Part shown: in pieces, positions 39,859 through 48,774 of the stretch | How the letters are laid out: each line of letters begins with the position of its first letter | Numbering within the stretch: the stretch's first letter is position 1 | DNA from: a bacterium | GTDB lineage: Bacteria > Zhuqueibacterota > Zhuqueibacteria > Oceanimicrobiales > Oceanimicrobiaceae | Direction of reading: 5' to 3' | Length of the DNA: 55,183 nt | Assembly: GCA_046757025.1 (NCBI GenBank) | Contig: JBHHXN010000015.1 | Location: forward strand, 1-55,183 | Position numbers and translations under genes: made by a program | Notes under the pieces: model-generated | The model's database searches: none | Told to the model about the DNA's origin: nothing | The model's input: only the letters and a program-made list of their open reading frames with translations

Positions 39859-40362
39859 CTACTCCGATTTAAGCTTTTCTTCGCTCAATTGAATCAGCCG
39901 CGGTAAAATGCGGTCTAACTCTTCATCGATGATGCGGGCACACTCCTGATAAACGGCCAGACTGCCACCAATGGGATCCTCGATGGATTCGTGAAAGTTA
40001 TCAGAAGTTGGTCGTGCAAATGCTTTTAACAGAAACACGTTTTCACGAAATTCCGTAAAGTTTTTCTGCAAATAATCTTGATGTTCCACCGCCATGGCAA
40101 AGATGATGTCCATGTCTTGCAACAAGTCCTCTGTCACGCCCTGTGACTGGTGATTTGCAATATCGGCGCCCAGATCATTGGCCACTTTAATGGCGAAAAA
40201 AGTGGCGGGATTGCCGTACAAGCCCAGGGTGCCGGCCGATGCGACGGATACACGATCTCGCAGATGCGGGGGTATTTTAATTCTCAGCAACCCTTCCGCG
40301 ATGGGACTGCGACAGCTATTTCCCGAACAGACGAACAAAATATTAAACGTGTTCCTACTCAT
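39859..40362 (-). CDS. Low-molecular-weight protein phosphatase, probably protein-arginine phosphatase (YwlE-like)
   Basis: CSGNSCRS P-loop, SAGT, IEDPIGG; adjacent to tsaC. Confidence 0.9.
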   Translation of the reverse strand: MSRNTFNILFVCSGNSCRSPIAEGLLRIKIPPHLRDRVSVASAGTLGLYGNPATFFAIKVANDLGADIANHQSQGVTEDLLQDMDIIFAMAVEHQDYLQKNFTEFRENVFLLKAFARPTSDNFHESIEDPIGGSLAVYQECARIIDEELDRILPRLIQLSEEKLKSE

Positions 40363-40999
40363 TTAACAACTCCTTTAAACAGGCAGTTAGTTGATTTTTT
40401 GAAATGGCGCCCTCACGAACTACCCTGAGCTCCCCTTGTGCAAGGTCCACAACCGTGGACGGCTTTTGCGCTGGAAAAGTGCCGGCATCGATGACCATAT
40501 CCACCTCGTTTGCAAACGACCACACCACCTCCCGGGCGCTCTGCGCTGGCTCAGCCCCCGAAGCATTGGCACTGGTGGAGGTCACCGGCTGTCCGTGCAA
40601 ATGCATCAAGGCTCTGGTGATGGGATGATCGGGATACCGCAGCCCGATGGTTCCGCTGGCGCTCACCATATATTCCGGTACACTGGAGGCAGCCCGAAAA
40701 ATCAGCGTTAACGGACCAGGCCAGAAAGTGTCCATGAGCACTTCCGCTTGTTTGGAAATTTCAACGCACAATTTCCGCGCTTCTTCGTCTGAGGCGATCA
40801 TTATCGACATCGGTTTCGAGCTTACCCTTTTTTTTAAATGATAAATTCTTTCCACGGCGGCTTTCAAAAAAATATTCGCACCCAGTCCGTAAACCGTTTC
40901 GGTAGGATAGGCCAGTACCCCACCTTGCTGCATCACCTCCACAGCTGGATTTAATTCGGAAACTTCAAAATGATTCGGATCGATGGTCAGGACTTTCAT
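40355..40999 (-). CDS. tsaC: L-threonylcarbamoyladenylate synthase (TsaC/Sua5/YrdC)
   Basis: YPTETVYGLG, KKR..KP, FWPGPLT, STSAN, PSTVVD, REGAI. Confidence 0.95.
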   Translation of the reverse strand: MKVLTIDPNHFEVSELNPAVEVMQQGGVLAYPTETVYGLGANIFLKAAVERIYHLKKRVSSKPMSIMIASDEEARKLCVEISKQAEVLMDTFWPGPLTLIFRAASSVPEYMVSASGTIGLRYPDHPITRALMHLHGQPVTSTSANASGAEPAQSAREVVWSFANEVDMVIDAGTFPAQKPSTVVDLAQGELRVVREGAISKNQLTACLKELLNE

Positions 41000-41033
41000 A
41001 TTATCTTACTCGTTTAATTTGCCGTCTGAATCG

Positions 41034-41948
41034 TCAACCCACCCAGCGCTCTTCTTCATCCCAACGCCTCATGATTTTGCGATTGCGCATTCGAATAGCC
41101 ACAAACACAAAAATAAACAGCAGCAGGATGAAAATCCATAAAAAAGTCTCAAAATCAAGCAAAAAGCGCCAACGATATTTATTTTCGATGTAGTTATACC
41201 AATCTTTTTCAAATTCATAAATATCCTGGCCATAATGGTCTCGGATTGCCACATCGAAAGATGGCTCGGACCGCACCGCCTGCACGAGCTCGACCAGGGC
41301 ACGGAAGCCCAATTTATCTTCGATAAACAGAATAACCGAGTAGCTTTCTTCGTAAGCCAGACGGGCCTTTTCGCTATGAAAATCCAGCATGCCATCGATT
41401 TCATCCAAGGGGATAATGGAATTGCTGAGCAGCGCCTTTGAGATGGCTTTGCCGCCGGAAAAATCGGCGTCGTAGGAAAAGTAGATGGCCATGCCTTCAT
41501 GGAACCATTTGGGAACATGCTGAGAAGGTGCCAGCGACTGACCGATGAGCACGTGCACCAATTCGTGCCGGAGAACCCTGGCGAATTTGCCGGCATGCCT
41601 GAAATAGTTGGGAGATTTTAAAAAAATCAAGCTCTTATCGGGATCCGCCACGCCTGCGCCCCAGTGCGGAATCATCTGGCCGGTGAGCTGGTGAAACACC
41701 TGGTCCGATGGACTTAAAAATATCCGAACTGGCTGAGTGTAGCGTAGGCCGAGCTGCTGGGAGAGATCGGCATATTCTTTTTCGACTTGTATTGCCAGAT
41801 CCTCCGCCAAATTTTGATCGGTTTCAGTGTAATAAATCTCAAAGAGCGTGAAATTGATTTTGTACCAGTCGATTTGACTGGTTAAACTGGCCGGAGCAAA
41901 AACCAAGCAAACAGCAAGCAAAAAGGTGATTTGCAAAGCGAATTTCAA
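41034..41948 (-). CDS. Peptidase MA-clan metallopeptidase-like protein with C-terminal TM anchor
   Basis: Signal peptide, HELVH...WFHEGMA, AYEES, C-terminal TM plus basic tail. Confidence 0.85.
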   Translation of the reverse strand: MKFALQITFLLAVCLVFAPASLTSQIDWYKINFTLFEIYYTETDQNLAEDLAIQVEKEYADLSQQLGLRYTQPVRIFLSPSDQVFHQLTGQMIPHWGAGVADPDKSLIFLKSPNYFRHAGKFARVLRHELVHVLIGQSLAPSQHVPKWFHEGMAIYFSYDADFSGGKAISKALLSNSIIPLDEIDGMLDFHSEKARLAYEESYSVILFIEDKLGFRALVELVQAVRSEPSFDVAIRDHYGQDIYEFEKDWYNYIENKYRWRFLLDFETFLWIFILLLFIFVFVAIRMRNRKIMRRWDEEERWVG

Positions 41949-43102
41949 ATTGCTTCCAGACCCTGTTTCAAATCGGCGATCAAATCTTGAACCGCTTCCA
42001 CTCCCACGGAAATGCGCACCAGCCCGTCACTCAAACCAATTTTAGCACGCTCTTCCGGTGGCACCGAGGCGTGGGTCATGGAAGCCGGATGGCTGATCAA
42101 ACTTTCCACGCCGCCCAGACTTTCCGCCAGCGCAAAAATGCGCACGGATTCCAGCAATTTTTTACCGCGCTCAAAATTTCCCATCTCGAATGAAATGATG
42201 CCGCCAAATCCCGGCTGACCCTGCGGGTCCAACTGCTGCCGGGCAGCCAGCTCATGCTGAGGATGGCTTGTGAGTCCGGGATAATGGACTTTCTCAACCT
42301 GCGTCTGCTGCACCAAAAAATGTGCGATCTCCGTGGCGTTGCGATGGTGCTGCGGCATGCGTAAATGCAGCGTTTTGGTGGAACGCAACAAGAGCCAGCA
42401 ATCGAAAGGACTGGGAACAGCGCCCACGGCATTTTGTATAAATCCGAGACGTTCTGCTAATTGGTCATCATTGACCACCACAATTCCCCCGATGACGTCG
42501 CAATGACCGCTGATATATTTTGAGCTGCTGTGCACCACGATGTCCGCTCCCAAATCCAGGGGGCGTTGAAAGTACGGACTCAAAAAGGTGTTGTCCACCG
42601 TGAACAACAAACCGTGATTTTTGCACAATCCCGCGATGCCCTGCAAATCGGAAATTTTCAGCAAGGGGTTGGTGGGGGATTCCACAAAAACCATTTTGGT
42701 ATGCGGACGCAGCGCTGCTGCAATGTTGTCAAGGTTGGCGGTGTCCACAAAACTGAATGTCAGGCCGTAGTCGGTCATGACTTGCTCAAAATAACGGTAG
42801 GTTCCGCCGTAAACGTTGTCGGTCACGATCACGTGCTCACCTTGTTTCAGCAGCCCCATAATTGCGGAAGTGGCGGCCATGCCGGAGCCAAAAGCAAATC
42901 CGTATGCGCCGTTTTCCAGGGCCGCCAGATTCTTTTCAAAGGCTTCGCGCGTGGGGTTGGCGGTGCGGCCGTATTCATACCCTTTGTGGACGCCCGGCGA
43001 TTCCTGCACGTAAGTAGACGTTTGATAGATGGGTGTCACGATGGCGCCGCTGTCGGAGTCCGGTTTCTGGCCGGCGTGCACCGCCTGGGTTGCAAATTCC
43101 AT
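41945..43102 (-). CDS. Cystathionine gamma-lyase/synthase (Cys/Met metabolism PLP enzyme)
   Basis: PIYQTSTY, YGRTANPTR, SGMAA, HSSSKYISGH, AESLGGVESL. Confidence 0.95.
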   Translation of the reverse strand: MEFATQAVHAGQKPDSDSGAIVTPIYQTSTYVQESPGVHKGYEYGRTANPTREAFEKNLAALENGAYGFAFGSGMAATSAIMGLLKQGEHVIVTDNVYGGTYRYFEQVMTDYGLTFSFVDTANLDNIAAALRPHTKMVFVESPTNPLLKISDLQGIAGLCKNHGLLFTVDNTFLSPYFQRPLDLGADIVVHSSSKYISGHCDVIGGIVVVNDDQLAERLGFIQNAVGAVPSPFDCWLLLRSTKTLHLRMPQHHRNATEIAHFLVQQTQVEKVHYPGLTSHPQHELAARQQLDPQGQPGFGGIISFEMGNFERGKKLLESVRIFALAESLGGVESLISHPASMTHASVPPEERAKIGLSDGLVRISVGVEAVQDLIADLKQGLEAI

Positions 43103-43116
43103 TTTCCCTCCAAAAT

Positions 43117-44490
43117 TTATGATGATATATAATCTAACAGATCCGATTTAGTGATAAATCCAATGATCTTACCATTTTCTTCAACCAGCACCGCCGGGCA
43201 GGTACGCGAAAGATGGCTTTTGACCTCTTCGATGCTGTCATGATGACTCACGATGGGAAAGCTCTCCTGCATGACTTCTTTAACTGGGTGATCAAATAAC
43301 GTGTGATCTTCGATCACCTGCCCCATCAAAACCCCCTCTTCCAGACTTCCAACCGCTTTGTTTTCATCGTCTAAAACCGGCATTTGCGAAACATTGTATT
43401 CCCGCATTTTTTCCAGCGCAGTGCGCACGATATCGTTCGGTGTGACCGAAATAATGGCGGGTAAACCCGTGGTTTTTTCCTCCAGAATTTGTTTGAGAGA
43501 AATCTTTTCGAAATCTAAAAAGCGATTTTCCTGCATCCATTCATCTGAATAAAATTTGGAGAGGTAGCGTTCACCGGTATCCGGAAACAGCACCACCACC
43601 ACTTTGTTTTCAGGCAGCGTTTTGGCCAGTTTGAGCGCTGCACATGCCGCGGTGCCGCTGGAACCGCCCACGAAGATGCCTTCTTCCCGGGAGATCTTTC
43701 TGGCCATATTAAAAGATTCCTTGTCGGTGATTTCGTAAATTTGGTCTATGTATTCAAAATGCACCGTACCCGGAATAATGTCTTCGCCGATACCTTCTAT
43801 TTTGTACGGTTTGGCCTGAGTGATTTGTTTGGTTTCGAAATATTCTTTCAATATCGATCCCGCCGGATCCGCGCCGATGACTTTGAGATGGGGATTTTTC
43901 TCTTTCAAATATTTACCCGTACCGCTGATGGTGCCGCCCGTGCCAATTCCAGCCACAAAGTAATCGATTTTGCCACCGGTCTGCTGCCAAATTTCAGGAC
44001 CCGTCGAGAGGTAGTGGGTTTCGGGATTCATGGGATTAAAATACTGATTAGCCAAAACCGCACCCGGAGTTTCACGGACGATCTTTTTCGCGACCTCGTA
44101 ATAACTTTCCGGCGAATCCGGCGGCACCGCGGTGGGCGTCACCACCACCTCCGCGCCGTAGGCTTTCAACAAGCGAATTTTTTCGGCACTCATTTTGTCG
44201 GGCATGGTAAAAATCGCCTTGTACCCTTTTAAAGCCGCAACCAAAGCCAGTCCGGCGCCGGTATTCCCCGAAGTCGATTCCACAATGGTACCCCCCGGTT
44301 TCAGTTTGCCCTCTTTTTCAGCCGATTCAATTATGGTAAAAGCAATGCGGTCTTTCACGCTGCCGCCGGGATTAAAATATTCAACTTTCGCCAGTACTGT
44401 GGCCTTCAAGCCTTTGGTTATGCGATTGAGTTTGATTAAGGGCGTGTTGCCAACGGTGTCGAGTATGTTGTTTAAAATCCCATCTCTCAT
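43117..44490 (-). CDS. Cystathionine beta-synthase with C-terminal CBS domain pair
   Basis: NPGGSVKDR, TSGNTG, GTGGT, YKIEGIGED; C-terminal CBS repeats; GGAGA RBS before ATG 44490. Confidence 0.93.
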   Translation of the reverse strand: MRDGILNNILDTVGNTPLIKLNRITKGLKATVLAKVEYFNPGGSVKDRIAFTIIESAEKEGKLKPGGTIVESTSGNTGAGLALVAALKGYKAIFTMPDKMSAEKIRLLKAYGAEVVVTPTAVPPDSPESYYEVAKKIVRETPGAVLANQYFNPMNPETHYLSTGPEIWQQTGGKIDYFVAGIGTGGTISGTGKYLKEKNPHLKVIGADPAGSILKEYFETKQITQAKPYKIEGIGEDIIPGTVHFEYIDQIYEITDKESFNMARKISREEGIFVGGSSGTAACAALKLAKTLPENKVVVVLFPDTGERYLSKFYSDEWMQENRFLDFEKISLKQILEEKTTGLPAIISVTPNDIVRTALEKMREYNVSQMPVLDDENKAVGSLEEGVLMGQVIEDHTLFDHPVKEVMQESFPIVSHHDSIEEVKSHLSRTCPAVLVEENGKIIGFITKSDLLDYISS

Positions 44491-44512
44491 TGTAACGTTC
44501 TCCAAGATTGTA

Positions 44513-44995
44513 TTAATTAATTTTATCGATCACTGAATTGATCAGCATGATCAAAACCTGCCGCACACTTTTCGGGTCTGAAACCTTGCAAAATGTCAAC
44601 TGCACATGTTCCGCCAAATTCAATTCAACATGCATAAATTTATCGGGAACCATTTTCTGCTTATTTTGCAAGATTCCGGCCACAACAAACGGGATTTTGT
44701 ATCGGGATACTAAAGAATCGATGGTTGCTTTCACATCGGAGTAGGATTCGGATTCGTTCCAGTTGAACAAAACCACATAGCCCAACAATTTTTTTGAAAC
44801 CAAATCCCAGGATGGGTTCAACTCTCGGTCGGTCAATTCGAGGCCATAGAGATGTATCACAAGCTGATCATTTATTTGCAATCGACCAAATATCAGATTA
44901 TCGGTTATTACATCAATTTCATCGCAAACCGCTTCGATAAACTCCTGCTTGCTCTCCTTTCCCGGACCAACAATCGCAATTTCGCCAATTCTCAT
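44513..44995 (-). CDS. Degenerate MglA/CvnD-like small GTPase-fold protein
   Basis: IAIVGPGKESKQEFI, FGRLQI..LVIHLYG, WDLV..LLGYVVLF, SVRQVLIML; G1/G3/G4 degenerate. Confidence 0.72.
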   Translation of the reverse strand: MRIGEIAIVGPGKESKQEFIEAVCDEIDVITDNLIFGRLQINDQLVIHLYGLELTDRELNPSWDLVSKKLLGYVVLFNWNESESYSDVKATIDSLVSRYKIPFVVAGILQNKQKMVPDKFMHVELNLAEHVQLTFCKVSDPKSVRQVLIMLINSVIDKIN

Positions 44996-45041
44996 TTTTA
45001 TCAGGTGTTCTGCTGAACCGGTAAGAATAACCGTCCCATGG

Positions 45042-46271
45042 TTAATTTAATATACCCAGGTGGTCGCTGCTGGCTTTTTTCCCATTGAGGAGATTTTCAC
45101 GAATCATGAGCAATTCACTTTTATTCAGATAAATCTGATTCTCAGCAGACATAGAATCGGACCAACGGCGGTTTCGATTTCTACGCTCAATACGACGCCG
45201 ATCACCTCGCCGGCGCTCGATTTTGTCATTTTCAGAATTGCCAGTAAAAAAGTTAACCAGCATTCTTGATATCTGACTGTCGCCATTTTTATTCTGATTT
45301 GTCAAAACTATGGATTCTGTTTGCTTTTCCACTTCCTCTACGGCAACTTCCTCGAGCGCGCCAACTTTGAACAGCTTTACCACCAGAGTCAGCGTTTTTA
45401 AATCATCCAGGGGGCTCCTTTCGATGAGATCGAGGATTCGGATATCATTTTTAACCAAATCCAACAACGATTTTTCGTCCGTAGAAAAATGGCCGCTTGG
45501 AATTTTTTGAACCCGTTTTATGGTTGCCTGCATCGGAGGCAGGACACGGGTCAATCGTTCCCAGCGATCCCGCATAATCAAGCCCCTCTGAATCAAATTC
45601 TGCGTGGAAGTTTTGATGGCTTTCGCTTGCTCGACCTTCTGCATTTCCACTTGAAAACTGCCGTCGTTCCAGGTAAACATTCTGAACAGGGCTTTTTCCG
45701 ACTCCAGACTCTCCAGCGCGGCGTCGTAAACCTCCCCTTCATTCATGTAAACCAAGCCTTCCATATCGTCAAACTGAATTTCAATGATGCCGGATTTTTT
45801 TCCAATTGCCAGAATCTGTAACAATTCAATCAAATTGATATCGGCCAATTTGCCGGAAAAGCCTTTTGACAATTTCGGTGGCGTAGCCTCAAAGCGCGCA
45901 ATTTCACTCAGGATAATTTCAAATCGAATTTTGACTTCTTCCGCATCGAAAGGAATGGAAATGTAGTCATCTACGCCCATGTTGATGCTGTGCACTCGTT
46001 CTTCAACTGACCGATGTTTGCTCATCAAAACAAATGGAATGTTGCGGGTGGCAGATTGCGACTTCAATTCGCGCAATAAATGGTGGCCGTCAATTTTGGG
46101 AAGTTCGTTTTCGGCGAGCATGAGATGCGGTCGGAATTCTCTGCAGGAGGCCAAGGCGGCTACCCCGTTGTCCACAATCTTCACTTCGTAACCGGAAGAA
46201 ATCAACGACTTTCTCAAATCCTGAATTTCTTGAGAATCCTTTACCGCGATTAAAATTCTCTTCCTTTCCAT
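45042..46271 (-). CDS. Atypical receiver + DUF4388 protein
   Basis: REC fold (LPKIDG, GVDDYI); FSGKLADINLIELLQ...KSG...GEVYDA...WNDGSF DUF4388 pattern. Confidence 0.85.
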   Translation of the reverse strand: MERKRILIAVKDSQEIQDLRKSLISSGYEVKIVDNGVAALASCREFRPHLMLAENELPKIDGHHLLRELKSQSATRNIPFVLMSKHRSVEERVHSINMGVDDYISIPFDAEEVKIRFEIILSEIARFEATPPKLSKGFSGKLADINLIELLQILAIGKKSGIIEIQFDDMEGLVYMNEGEVYDAALESLESEKALFRMFTWNDGSFQVEMQKVEQAKAIKTSTQNLIQRGLIMRDRWERLTRVLPPMQATIKRVQKIPSGHFSTDEKSLLDLVKNDIRILDLIERSPLDDLKTLTLVVKLFKVGALEEVAVEEVEKQTESIVLTNQNKNGDSQISRMLVNFFTGNSENDKIERRRGDRRRIERRNRNRRWSDSMSAENQIYLNKSELLMIRENLLNGKKASSDHLGILN

Positions 46272-46341
46272 TTTAAATCTCGAGTGTTAATCCAATGACG
46301 ACAAGAAATGCCTGAATTTTGTAATCTAAAAACAGACCGCG

Positions 46342-48180
46342 TCACGACTTTTCGACATCGTAGTCGGGACGCTTCAATTGTTTGAGAAGGTGTTTAACTG
46401 AATGGGAATCCTCAACCTCAATTTGAACCAATTGTTCGCTTTCGTCCATTCGTAAAGAATAGCGCACCACGTCGAGCGGGATAGATCTGTTTTTTGTTGT
46501 TTGATAGACCGCCACAACATGTGGGGCATCCAGTCGTTGTTTGAGGGAGTTGATGAGATAACCGGCATAGCCCAGATTCGCGGTATTATCTCCCCGAATC
46601 AACACCACGTAACCGATCAATGTTTCAGCCATTTGGTGCAGCATCTCAAGAAATTTACTTTCCGTCGAAAGTCCGATCACCTCAAGCGTGCAATTGTTGG
46701 CAGTCGAAATTTTACCAATTTCAATGGCGCGTTCGTTACTGGTTTTCGCTGCAACCTGCCGCGAGGTGAGGGTAGCGATCATGGCTTTTCTGGCTTCATT
46801 GTCCGAGCCGATAATGGCCAACTGCCCGGTGACACCCGATCGCTTGTTGAACAAATCATTGCATACCGCGAGCAATTCATCTGTCTCGGTTTTTTCAACC
46901 GACCTTTCATCGGGTTTGGGCCTGCCGTTAACAGCGGCCGGCTCCGCCACAGGGGGGCCAACCGGTTTAAAGTGAAACGGTTTTTCCTGTATTTTTTCTT
47001 CAGGTTCAAATGCCACTTCTGATATTTCGCGATGGACTTTTCCCTGCTGTGGAATTTGCACCTCGATTTTCTGATCTATTTTGGCTTCGGGTATCTGAAC
47101 CGAATGTTCATTTGGATGTGGAGGCGTCGGACGCTCTTGAAATGGCGGTTCTTTTGGTCCGGGAAACGACGTCGAATCCCGTTCAAAAGCCGCGGTATCA
47201 AATGGCTCCGGCGGCGTTTTTTCCGCCACCCCGATTTCGAGCGGACGAATAAATCCTTGCTGATACAATTTGGTGATCTTTTCTAACGCTTTGATGTCAT
47301 CGTAATTGCTTTCAGCCAGCACGTTGCTAATGGCGCGGCGGCCATCAAACAAAGCGATGAATTTTTCGGCATCCGCGGAGATCCTTTTCTTTTTCAGAAT
47401 CTGTTCAAAAATCGCGGTCTTGACAAACACGGTCTGCAGAGAAGGCAGTTGCTTGATCAGTTCCTCTCTTTGCTGCATACGCTTGAAACCTTGTAACAGC
47501 AATCCCAGATTGCTTACGGTGATCTCGTCCTTCACATTCACATCTTTGAAGGTCATCACAAAATGACCGCGTTTCCACGGCAGCATTTGATAAACGGCTT
47601 TTTCGGCTTTGAAATTTCCCAACCTGGCGTTCACCACGGTGCCGTCTCTGAAATAAATTTCCCCGTTCAGGTTGTTATGGTCATACACTGATAAAACACC
47701 GGTGCACCGTTCCTGGCCGTAATTTTCAACCAGGTCCTCCACACTTTTTTCCTCCAATCTGCCTACAATATTTCTATTGGTTTCGGCGCCTTCATTGCGG
47801 ATTCTTTCCAGGCGTTTTAATATCATTTTCAATCGCGCGATAACTTCTTTCACATGCAGGGGCTTGATCATGTAATCTTTCACGCCGGACCGCAAACCCT
47901 TTATGCGGTTTTCCAGATTTCGTTGATTGGTTAAAAATACGATTGGAATGGCGGCAACGGTGGGATCACCATGTAATTTTTCCTGCAGCGCAAAACCGTC
48001 CAGACCGGGAATGTCCACTTCACAAACCACCAGATCCGGACGCTGCGATTGAATGATACCAAACGCGTCGATACCATTGTTAACGGTCGTGACTGAAAAA
48101 TTAGCTTTTTCCAGGCTTTCTTTTAAAATTTGCAAATTTTTCGGATCGTTGTCGACGACGAGAATGGTTGCAGTATTCAT
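46342..48180 (-). CDS. Atypical receiver + DUF4388 + Pro-rich linker + degenerate MglA/CvnD-like domain
   Basis: ILVVDND, IPGLDG, DYMIKP; GEIYFRDGTVVNA..WKRGHF; C-terminus paralogous to 44513-44995 (LIGYVVLI, SVKHLL). Confidence 0.85.
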   Translation of the reverse strand: MNTATILVVDNDPKNLQILKESLEKANFSVTTVNNGIDAFGIIQSQRPDLVVCEVDIPGLDGFALQEKLHGDPTVAAIPIVFLTNQRNLENRIKGLRSGVKDYMIKPLHVKEVIARLKMILKRLERIRNEGAETNRNIVGRLEEKSVEDLVENYGQERCTGVLSVYDHNNLNGEIYFRDGTVVNARLGNFKAEKAVYQMLPWKRGHFVMTFKDVNVKDEITVSNLGLLLQGFKRMQQREELIKQLPSLQTVFVKTAIFEQILKKKRISADAEKFIALFDGRRAISNVLAESNYDDIKALEKITKLYQQGFIRPLEIGVAEKTPPEPFDTAAFERDSTSFPGPKEPPFQERPTPPHPNEHSVQIPEAKIDQKIEVQIPQQGKVHREISEVAFEPEEKIQEKPFHFKPVGPPVAEPAAVNGRPKPDERSVEKTETDELLAVCNDLFNKRSGVTGQLAIIGSDNEARKAMIATLTSRQVAAKTSNERAIEIGKISTANNCTLEVIGLSTESKFLEMLHQMAETLIGYVVLIRGDNTANLGYAGYLINSLKQRLDAPHVVAVYQTTKNRSIPLDVVRYSLRMDESEQLVQIEVEDSHSVKHLLKQLKRPDYDVEKS

Positions 48181-48277
48181 GGCAAGGCTTCAGACTTGAA
48201 TAATGTCATTTTTCATACTTTATCGTGATCGGCTGCTGTATTCTTTAAATTATTGCTGTAATACTTTAAATATTTTG

Positions 48278-48306
48278 AATATAAATAAAATCCGTTCCTA
48301 TGTCAA
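48278..48306 (-). promoter_or_regulatory. sigma70 promoter of the 48180-onward leftward operon
   Basis: TTGACA-17 nt-TATATT. Confidence 0.72.
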
Positions 48307-48320
48307 GATAATTCTTTTCA

Positions 48321-48365
48321 ACAAAACAAAAGGCCAGTGTGAAGCACTTCCTATACACTGGCCTT
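48321..48365 (-). terminator. Intrinsic terminator after 48398-48658
   Basis: 11-bp stem AAGGCCAGTGT/ACACTGGCCTT followed by a T-rich tract on the minus strand. Confidence 0.75.
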
Positions 48366-48397
48366 ATGGGAAAAGGGAAGGGTTAAATTTATATTAA

Positions 48398-48658
48398 TTA
48401 ATTTTCATTGACCACGAAAAGGTTTCGGGACAAGCCCTCCGCTAAGGTTATAACACGTTGTGATACCGGTTTGTTCAGTTCATCATCCAGAATACTGTGA
48501 AACATCTCACTCTCAAAAAAATGTTGGCTGCATTTGTCACAACAATTGAAATGATGTAAAATTAAAAGTCCTTTTTGTAAATTACAATCCTTCCTGGTTA
48601 GTACAAACTTCTCAATGTCTTCCGCCTTAAGGCATGACTCAATAATTTTTAGTTTCAT
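48398..48658 (-). CDS. Small protein with a ZAS-like HxxxCxxC motif (putative anti-sigma factor)
   Basis: HFNCCDKC preceded by CL..EDIEKFV; soluble, 86 aa. Confidence 0.65.
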   Translation of the reverse strand: MKLKIIESCLKAEDIEKFVLTRKDCNLQKGLLILHHFNCCDKCSQHFFESEMFHSILDDELNKPVSQRVITLAEGLSRNLFVVNEN

Positions 48659-48774
48659 TATCTCTCACCCGAGAGCCCTCTAAATTGGTACGTTGTTTTA
48701 ATTAACCTTCAGGCTAATTATGTTTTTTTGTTTCAGATAATATATACCTACAAGGTACCAATTTTTCGGAAAAA

